NCBI RefSeq assembly: GCF_011386835.1
Contig: NC_088796.1
Coordinates: 71,486,001 to 71,550,000 of the forward strand
Source: Chrysemys picta bellii
Lineage: Eukaryota
Direction: 5' to 3'
DNA: 64,000 bases
The translations under genes and the position numbers were made by a program. Shown one piece after another: positions 11,328 through 21,122 of this stretch (its first letter is position 1; the number at the start of each line of letters is the position of its first letter). The notes beneath the pieces were generated by a model that was not told where the DNA came from, ran no database searches, and saw nothing but the letters and a program-made list of their open reading frames with translations.

Positions 11328-13241
11328 ATTTAAGTGACGCTTGTAAGGAATGAGATCTCTGAACAGACTGGAGAACAAAGTGAGGAGATGCTTGGAAAGC
11401 TAACAGAGAGCCAATTACCAGATTTAATGTATAATCTAACATATTTTAATGGAGTGTAGTATACAGGTCTGTATTTGATGTAGTATCTCACAACAGCATC
11501 TACAAGCACAGGTAAGTCTGTATCTTTTCTGGCTTGAACCATCTTACATTTTCCTTCATCCTCCATATTGAGAATTACAAACCTCCCACTGAGAGAGGAA
11601 CATAAAGCTTCTCCTTCCTCGGATTTGATAGCAGGAAGACACAATACAGCTAAAACCACAGACAGAAGGCATCAAAGCAGTTGTATGCATAGCTACTGCA
11701 CCAGAGCAGGTTAAGTACAAACAACTCTCAGGGCCCAATGCAAAGACAATGTGTAAAATGCCTTTAATAATGTTGTCTTCCCTACACTTGGACTCACTTA
11801 AGCCAATTTTGTAAGGGAGTCTAAACTGGTGTAAGTTACATACGGAGATGCCTGAAGAAGATATAAGCTAACGTGACTTATGCCTTTTTGCACTCTAGAG
11901 TTGCTTTCTATTCTCCTCAGGTCTGACCCCACAATATGTTACACTTTCTTAAACTCCTTTAGACTTCAGTGAAACAAATTCAGTGGTGATGGATGTGGGG
12001 GTGCGAGTTCCATGTTGGTGAGCAGTTTGAGTCTATCTCTATAGACAGTCTAGCACCAGAGTGAACTTTCCCACCGTTCTGCTTACAGAGGTCGCTATGG
12101 GTCTGAGATGATCTGTGACAGAGACAGTGTGCTGGAAGAAAATGAACACCAGTGGCAGGAATATGGTCTGATATAGGCAGACTCGGACATTTGTAGGGAA
12201 TTTCTGTGAATCTATGCCATTGCTGGGACCAAAGAGAACTTGCCTCTCCTTTGCCATAGAATCAGAGAAGAGAAATAGAAACATAGAAACTCATGCCCTG
12301 GAGACCCTCCCCAGACTGCCTCCACTCTACCCCACAGCCACTGCAGGGGATGATCATTCAAGTTCACAGCAATGATCCACCAAATCCAATAAGTGTCAGA
12401 TTTGGGGGCACAGGTAACAAGATCTGAAGGACTCCGCTTCCAAGTAGTTAAATGATAAATGCTATTTAATGACTAAGAGGCTCAGGTCAAACACTGCAGA
12501 AAGAAGTTAGAACCTTGTGTTAAGATGGGCATTGATTTTTGGCTGATATACCTTAGCGCTTATTGATGTTTCTGCTCACTCAGAGGCAGATTCTGATCTC
12601 AGTTACACCACAAAGTAACTATAGATTTACCCCAGTGTGCATAAGTTCAGAATCTGGCCTTGAGGGGGAACTCTCCTAGCAAGCACCCTGGCTTCATTAG
12701 TTCAACTCTGAGATAAAGTTTTTGAGAAGTTTGACTAATAAGTGTGGATTAAATTTATTGCATTAGTGATTTTAATGTGTTTTAAGGTCAGTGCGTTACA
12801 ACTCTACTTACTGCTGATGGGTTCATGGTCCCTGGAGCATTTTATTGACTTTAGATAGCTATGCTAACCTGTAGTCAGGCTCAGTCCCACGAGGTGCTGA
12901 AAAGCCTGAACTCCTATTAAAGCCAGTGGGAGCTCAGGGTATTGCAGCAGAACCAAGTGTTCAGCAACTCAAAGGAGCAAGCCCTTAGCAAAGAGGAGGA
13001 GATGCTTTCCCATGAAATCAAAAGCTTGACTGAAAGGCAATATTTGATTAGCTATCTGGTTATCTGTTCCTTCAGCCTGTTTAATTACAGTCTATGCATC
13101 AAGGAGGCCACACAGTCAGTTGGGTGCGGCAGTAGAAAGTGAAGGCCTTGCTGATTTCAAATATAAAGGGCATGAAAAGAAACATTCACTATTTCTTTAC
13201 AAAGAGATAGAAGTTGCTTTTTATAGTTTAGGGTCATGTTT

Positions 13242-13493
13242 CATAGAACCATAGGGTTAGAAGGGACCGCGGGGGTCATCTAGTCTAACTCCCTGCCAAA
13301 ATGCAGGATTTGTTGTCGCTAAACCATCCAAGACAGATGGCTATCTAGCCTCCTTTTGAAAACCTCCTGTGAAGAAGCTTCCACAACCTCCCCAGGCAGT
13401 CTGTTCCATTGTCCTACTGTCCTTACAGTTAGGTAGTTTTTCCTGAGATTTAATCTAAATCTGCTCTGCTGTACTTTGAACACATTGCCTCTT
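13242..13493 (-). mobile_element. CR1 3' fragment
   Basis: catagaaccatag tail; minus ORF ...RFRLNLRKNYLTVRTVGQWNRLPGEVVEASSQEVFKRRLDSHLSWMV. Confidence 0.88.
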
Positions 13494-13616
13494 ACGTAAC
13501 ATAAGAACATATGAAAGGCCATATTTCATCAGACCAAAGGTTGTTCTTACCCAGTATCCTGTCTTCCGACAGTGGCCAATGCCACGTGCCCCAGAAGGAA
13601 TGAACAGAACAGGTAA

Positions 13617-16169
13617 CACTGATCTACAATTTTTGAGAAGTCGTCTGCTTCAGAGATAAAATGTGCTATTTCTTATGTATTTTGATGTGCTGAATTCAAA
13701 TATGACAATTAAAACAACTGATTGGCTACTGTTTCTAAGATATTTAAGTTTTTACATTTTATGTCTATGTATATTGTGTAGATGATAGAGTTTTAATCAT
13801 AAATTGTAAACCTAGGTCTTTTCATGTGTTTATGGTTGCTTTACATGATAATATTTCACCTGTCCTGTTTATGTAACACTTTAAAAATCAGCAAAAGGGT
13901 TATATAAATAAAATGTATTATGAAACAAAAGGCAAAAAACTATTATGTACATAGTTTAGTCCTAGTCAGTGTCTACTCGGCGCTTCTTGGCTTGTCTCTT
14001 GTATTCATTAAATGGAGCATCTCTTGTCACTGTCCAGCAATAGTCTGCAAGCATTGATGGGCTCCATTTGCCCTGATAGCGTTTCTCCATTGTTGCAATG
14101 TCCTGGTAAAATCGCTTGCCTTGCTTGTCGCTCACTGCTCCACAGTTCGGTGGAAAAAAATCTAGATGAGAGTGCAAAAAATGTATCTTTAGTGACATGT
14201 TGCAACCAAGGCTTTTGTATGCCTTGAGGAGGTTTTCCACCAACAACCTGTAGTTGTCTGCCTTGTTGTTTCCGAGAAAATTTATTGCCACTAACCGGAA
14301 GGCTTTCCACGCCGTCTTTTCTTTGCCATGCAGTGCATGGTCAAATGCATCATCTTGAAGAAGTTCACGAATCTGAGGACCAACAAAGACACCTTCCTTT
14401 ATCTTAGCTTCACTTAACCTTGGAAATTTTCCACGGAGGAACTTGAAAGCTGCTTGTGTTTTGTCAATAGCCTTGACAAAGTTCTTCATTAGACCCAGCT
14501 TGATGTGTAAGGGTGGTAACAAAATCTTCCTTGATTCAATAAGTGGTAGATGCTGAACACTTTTCCTCCCAGGCTCCAATGACTGTCGGAGTGGCCAATC
14601 TTTCTTGATGTAGTGGGAATCTCTTGCACGACTATCCCATTCGCAGAGAAAACAGCAGTACTTTGTGTATCCAGTCTGCAGACCAAGCAAGAGAGCAACA
14701 ACCTTCAAATCACCATAAAGCTGCCACTGATGTTGGTCATAGTTTATGCACCTCAAAAGTTGTTTCCTGTTGTCATAGGTTTCCTTCATATGGACTGCAT
14801 GACCAACTGGAATTGATGGCAAAACATTGCCATTATGCAGTAAAACAGCTTTAAGACTCGTCTTCGATGAATCAATGAACAGTCTCCACTCATCTGGATC
14901 GTGAACCATGTTGAGGGCTGCCATCACACCATCGATGGTTGTTGCAGGCTACAAGATCACCTTCCATGAAGAAGAATGGGACAAGATCCTTTTGACGGTC
15001 ACGGAACATGGAAACCCTAACATCACCTGCCAGGAGATTCCACTGCTGAAGTCTGGAGCCCAACAGCTCTGCCTTACTCTTGGGTAGTTCCAAATCCCTG
15101 ACAAGGTCATTCAGTTCACCTTGTGTTATGAGGTGTGTGGTTCAGAGGAGGAGGATGGGAGAAAATGTGGGTCCTGTGACATTGATGGTTCAGGACCAGA
15201 AGTTTCATCCTCTTCCTCTTCCTCATATGACTCAAGTGAGAATGATTCTGGTGCATCAGGAACCGGCAGTCCTTCTCCGTAGGTTACTGGGTGTATAGCT
15301 GATGGAATGTTTGGATAATGCACAGTCCACTTTTTCTTCTTTGACACACCTTTCCCAACTGGAGGCACCATGCAGAAGTAACAATTGCTGGTATGATCTG
15401 TTGGCTTTCTCCAAATCATTGGCGCTGCAAAAGGCATAGATTTCCTTTTCCTGTTCAACCACTGGCGAAGATTTGTTGCACAAGTGTTGCAGCATATGTG
15501 TTGGGCCCACCTCTTGTCCTGATCTCCAATTTTGCAGCCAAAATAAAGGTGACAGGCTTTCTTAACCATAGTGGTTATACTGCGCTTTTGTGATGCAAAA
15601 GTCACTTCACCACAAACATAGCAGAAGTTATCTGCACTGTTCACACAAGTACAAGGCATCTCTGCTCACTTTGGCTAAACAGAAATGTGTCCCTTTGCAA
15701 AATCAAACACTGACAAATAAGAGAGCACGACACTGTATGATTTCTAGAGCTGATATAGGGCAATTTGTTCAGCAGAGTGATGTAAGCTTCGTTATGATTG
15801 CATCATCCATGACTTCTAGGAATAACATGATGCAATTCAGATCATGTATGACACAATACCAGCTTCAGATTGCATCATTCATTGTTTTGCCTAAAAAGCA
15901 AGTACTGTCCAAACCCAGTCATAGATTTAGTCATAGATCCAGTCAAAGATGTATTTTAGTCATTTCTGGTTTAAATTGAGATCCCTTCCCTTTATAACTC
16001 ACTTATCCTCCGCCATTCCCAAGTCAACGGTCGTATATACTGACCCAATAGTATATCTTGAAAACTAGAGCCAATCAACAATTTTAAGCATCATTTTTGT
16101 TCTCAATGACCCAGAATTAGTAAAGTTTGACTACATTTATTTCAGAAGCATTTTGGCTGTAGAGCAGTG
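13617..16169 (-). mobile_element. Full-length Chapaev3-type (CMC superfamily) DNA transposon, 2553 bp
   Basis: Ends CACTGATCTACA... and ...TGTAGAGCAGTG (imperfect TIR); 3-bp TSD TAA (13614-13616, 16170-16172); internal transposase. Confidence 0.92.
13962..15659 (-). pseudogene. Chapaev transposase, two frameshifts (~564 aa when repaired)
   Basis: N-terminal FCYVCG..CC..C..CYFC zinc region, RLFIDSSKTSLKAVLLHNGN, GDLKVV, CCFLCEWDSR, LPPLHIKLGLMKNFVKA, GAVSD.xG.RF.QD; apparent +2 (CA slippage, ~15135) and +1 (~14937) insertions; no in-frame stop in the joined frames. Confidence 0.9.
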
Positions 16170-17059
16170 TAATCATCAAGTGATCCATTCCCTGTCGCCC
16201 ATTTCCAGTTTCTGGCAAACAGAGGCTAGGGACACCATCCCTGCCTATCCTGGCTAATAGCCATTGATGGACCTATCCTCCAGGAATTTAATAATTTTTT
16301 GGAACCCTGTTATAATCTTGGCCTTCACAACATCCTCTGGCAAAGAGTTCTGCAGGTTGACTGTGCGTTGTTTGAATACTTCCTTTTGTTTGTTTTAAAC
16401 CTGCTGCCTATTAATTTCATTTGGTAGCCCCTAATTCTTGGGTTATGAGAAGGAGTAAATAACACTTCCTTATTTCCTTTCTCCACACCAGTCATGATTT
16501 TATAGACCTCTATCATATCCCCCCTTAGTCGTCTCTTTTCCAAGTGAAAAGTCCCAATGTTATTACTCTGTCCTCATACGGAAGCTGTTGCATACACCTA
16601 ATCATTTTTGTTGTCCTTTACTGAACCTTTTCCAATTCCAATATATCTTTTTTGAGATGTGGCGACCACATCTGCACACAGTATTCAAGATGTGGGCGTA
16701 CCATATGGATTTATATAGAGGCAATATAATATTTTCTGTTTTATTATCTATCCCTTTCTTAATGATTCCCAATATTCTGTTCGTTTTTTTGATTGTCGCT
16801 GCACATTGAGTGGATGTTTTCAGAGAACTATCCACAATGACTCCAAGATCTCTTTCTTGAGTGGTAAAAGCTAATTTAGATCCTATCATTTTATATGTAT
16901 AGTTGAGATTATATTTCCCAATGTGCATTACTTTGCATTTATCAACAGTGAATTTCATCTGCTGTTTTGTTGCCCCATCACCCAGTTTTGTGAGACCCCT
17001 TTGTAGCTCTTTGCAGTCTGCTTTGGACTACTATGACATCATCTGGAAGGAGACATCAT

Positions 17060-17890
17060 CTTGTCCTGCCCTCTATGGCGAAAAGAGAACAACTTTTCTT
17101 CATCTTTTTTATAGCAGCTTTTCAAGTATCTGAAGACTGCTATCATATACCCCCCCTTAATCTCCTCTTTTCAGAACCAAACGCACCCAGTTCCTTTAGT
17201 CTTTGCTTCTTGCATTCCATTCCTTTGGTCATCTTTGTCGCTCACGTCTGAATCCTTTCCAGTTTGTCTACATCCTTTTTACACATTGGTGACTAAAATT
17301 GGACACAGTACACCAGCTGAGTCCTAACCAGCACCGAGTAGAGTGGTAATATCACATCCTGTGACTTGCATGCTATGCAACCTAAAGTTGCATTTGCTTT
17401 TTTTGCAACAGCATTGCATTGCTGACTCATGTTGAAGTTGTGATCCACCATAACTCCCAGATCCTTTTGAGCAGTTCTGCTGCCAAGCCAGTTATCTCCC
17501 ATTCTGTATTTGCGCAATTGGCTTTTCTTCCCTAAGTGTAACACCTTACATTTGTCTTTGTTGGATTTCATTTTGTTGTCTGTAGACCAGTTCTCCGATT
17601 TAACAAGATCCCTCTGAATTTTAGCTCTATCCTCCAAAGAATTGGCAGCCCCCCTCATTTTGTGTCATCTGCAAACCTGATCAGTATGCTCTCTATTCCT
17701 ACATCGTCCAGGTCATCAGTAAAGATGTTAAACAACACTGGACCCAGAATAGAGCGCAGTGGAACCCCACGTGTGACCTCCCTCCACTCCAATCTCATTC
17801 CATTAATAGTTACTTGGTGTTTGCTTGTTTAACAAATTATGTATCCACTTGATGTAGTTCTTTCAAGCCCACATTTCTGCAGCTTACTTA
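17060..17890 (-). mobile_element. CR1 ORF2 fragment (different, older subfamily)
   Basis: Minus ORF ...DKCKVLHLGKK...YRMGDNWLGS..AQKDLGVMVDH..NMSQQC..VAKKANATLGCI. Confidence 0.88.
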
Positions 17891-20335
17891 TCTATCCGAG
17901 TTTCATGCTTCCCTTGCTACCATGTTTTCCATCTTGCAAACGTAGTTAATTCTTCTGCTATATTTTTAGTTTGAAGCAATTATAGTACAAAGAAAAGACT
18001 AGCTCAAAAGTTGTTTGTTTGTTTTGTTTTTTCATAAAGGTATTGACGACTCTGAACATAGATGACTTTCCAAAGATGTTTTGCACCCAAGTACCTCTAT
18101 GCTGGTCATGGTAGAAATATTTAGATACATTAAATATACAGGTGAGACAGACAGAGGGCTAGATCCTCGTCTGATATCAACTAACATAGCTCCTTTTATG
18201 TCAGTGTTTTGCTGATTTATCAGGTATGGATCTGACTCAGATTAGCTAAAGTAAGATTAAATTTAATAACATGACATAAAAGAAAAGAAAATTCTCGTGT
18301 AGCTTTGCATCAAAGATTTGGATCCAGTTCCTCAGCCTGGCAAATCAGCATCACTTCAGTCAATGGTGCTGCTCCAATGTTGTTCAAGGTAAACCTCACA
18401 TTGAAGTCCGGATCTGCTCGCACAGTGCTTTCTACTATGAGTCCCATTCGTGGTGCAATAGTAAGCACTATTTTCAGTAGGTGCTTGCAGGATCAGATCT
18501 AGGCCTTAAAGAGCTGGGGAAAACCCATAATCCCTTAGAAAGCTCTTGGAACCCTGCAGCTGGTCAGTGTGGGGACACTGAGCAGTGGGCTGCTCAGGAG
18601 GCGGTGTGATATTGCATGGAAGTGATTCCCTCAATATGCTACAGTGTGCTTCTTATTTGCTCTTCAGTTTTATCTGCCAACATTTCACTGGGAAAGACTG
18701 TTAAAGTTACATTTCATACTCCCACATGGCAATTGTATTTGCTGTTGGTTATTTGGGTTTTTTGTAAATACTCAGGAAGTGGATACAATCCAAGGAATAA
18801 TTATTGGTTTCTGAGTCCCAGTTTGCCACCTGTACAAACCAATAGAGGGTTCCTGCTTATTCATGTCCTCATCCCACATAGGTTCACACTCTTTGGCCAG
18901 CCAGCTCCATCTCCTTGTCTCTGTCTGTGCCTTCCTCCTGTCTTGCTTGAGAGAGGCGGCTACAGAAGCCTCCACCAGTTTGGCTTTTGTCAAAACTTTT
19001 GGGGTTTTATGTTCCTCAAGCGTGTTTGTTGCAAATATGAAGCAGAAACAGGAAAAGAAAATGCTAAAGAAATCATCACTTATTGTTATGACTAAATATT
19101 AGTGTCTTGAGGTCCCAGCTGTGCTGGGCACTGTACCAACACAGATACTGTCCCTGCTCTTAAGAGCTCACAACCTGAATACACAAGATAGACAAAGGAT
19201 GGCAAAGAAAACAGAGGAACAGAGGTTGAGTTAGCACTCTTCAGTCTCTTTCAACCCTGCTGCTGAGACAGTCCTGGGCCCACCCTTCCAGGATGCAGCT
19301 TCTGCAGGGAGATTAAACGAGCAGACATGGCTTCTTGCTGGCCAGCCAGCCCATTCCATAGAGGGCAGAACAAGTTTTGGCTCTCCAGATCCCACTATGA
19401 AGGAGGAATCTCAGAAGGTGGTGGCGGAAGAAGAAACGGAGGGGCCCTGCTTTCACCAAGAATAGTGGTAGGGACCAGCCAAGCAGATACTATTGGGTTG
19501 CCTATGTTCAGGGGCTTCATGATGTATGGATTGTTTGTCGAGCAAATCTTCAAAGTTAAATGCATCCAAAGCCATAGCAGCAATGACCACGCGAGTCCCC
19601 TTTTTGATTGGATCGTCACAATTGTCACAGCTGCTGCTTCTCCTTCAGGCACAGGGCCTTCTACACCGATTGCTCCCCCACGCCCCAGCAGTACTTATTT
19701 CCATGCTTCAATCTTCACCTGTCAGACTAGTTTGTTTTCTGTCCAGAGATCTCAGAGGATTCAGAGAGGACCAGGCAAAACTAGAGAGATCATCTTACTG
19801 CTCCCATAGAAACATTTGCTTTTAAACCTTTAACATTTGCTTTGTTTTGCCCTTGTATTGAAAAGATTAAAACTGAAGGGGGAAAGTGTGATGCAATATG
19901 CTAGGTTTTTTTTCTGTAAGAACAGCTTGTTTCCATGACATTTATACAGTAAGCTTTTTCTAAATAACAGGCAGATTGGTGAAATATGTTATTTTCTGTA
20001 ATTTTCCCCCTTTGATCTTTGCTTGGCTGATTTAATGTAAAAGAGCTATAGCCTTTATATGGAGACCTCTTGTAACATATTAGGCTGCTGGATAGAAAGC
20101 CTGTTTGTTTGGGGAATGATTGGATGTTAGCGAGTGAATTAGAATGCTGAATTCATGTGAAAAACATTGGGCTGGATTGTGACTCACACCACATGCCCAT
20201 GCACGGGACTAAGGGGGAGTAAGAATTCACCTTGCCCCCCTATGTGGGTTACTTGGACCTTGGGCAATGGCCACATACTCCTCACAGAGCAGATGGGTGG
20301 GAAAGGCAGGGAATGGGCACAACTTTGGTATAGAC

Positions 20336-21122
20336 CAGGAGTCTCAAACTCAGTTTACCTTAGGGCCAGTGCCAATCCTCCCAGCCGGCCAATGTCACTC
20401 ATGCTGCCCAGAACCCACCCCCCAAAAACTCTGCCCCCCCAAAAAACTCTGTCCCCACCTGCCTAAGGCTCTGGGATGGAGTTTGGGTGGGGGAGGAGGT
20501 CTGGGGTAGGGGATTGGCATGCAGGGTGCAGGCTCTGGGAGGGAGTTTGGGTGCAGAAGGGGTGAGAGGTTGGGCTCTGGGAGGGAGTTTGGGTGGGGAA
20601 GGAGGTCTGGGGTGCAGGCTCTGGGATGGAGTTTGGGGGCCTGGGTGCAGGCTCTGGGAGGGAGTTTGGAGGTGTGAGGGGGGGTGTAAGAAGGGGGTGC
20701 AGGCTCGGGGGGAGTTTGAGGGCAGGGGGAATGTGGGGAGGGGGTGCGTGGGAAGGGTGAGAGGGTGCAGGCTCTGGGAGGGGGTCAGGGGTGAGGCGCT
20801 TACCTGGGCCTCCACGCGCGTCTGCCCCCAGGCACCGTTCCTGCAGCGTTCCATTGGCTGAAGGGGTGCTCGGGGCAGGGGCAGCACGGGAAGACACAGC
20901 CCCACCCCTGGGCCACAGGGAGGGGCTAGCAGCCACTGGAGCGAGCAGGCAGATGCCGCTCAGCTCTGCTCCGCTGCAGGGGCCCCTGAGGGGGGAGCAC
21001 CCGGGGGTGGCAGGTGGGGCCAAGGGAGAGACCCAGCCCCAAAATTGCTGGAGCTCCGCCAGCCACACTGGGGAGGCTCATGAGCCGCAGATGGCCCGCA
21101 GGCTGGGAGTTTGAGACTCCTG
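20336..21122. mobile_element. Non-autonomous hAT (Charlie-like) element, 787 bp
   Basis: Perfect TIR caggagtctcaaactc; perfect 8-bp TSD GTATAGAC; internal G-rich tandem units ggggtgcaggctctggga. Confidence 0.93.

Larger units (their letters stand above)
13497..17030 (-). mobile_element. 5'-truncated CR1, interrupted in its 3' UTR by the Chapaev transposon
   Basis: taacataagaacata tail; minus ORFs KFTVDKCKVMHIGK...ERDLGVIVD and [18 protein letters not shown]; 3' UTR continuous across the insertion when compared with the empty site at ~6735-6755. Confidence 0.92.
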
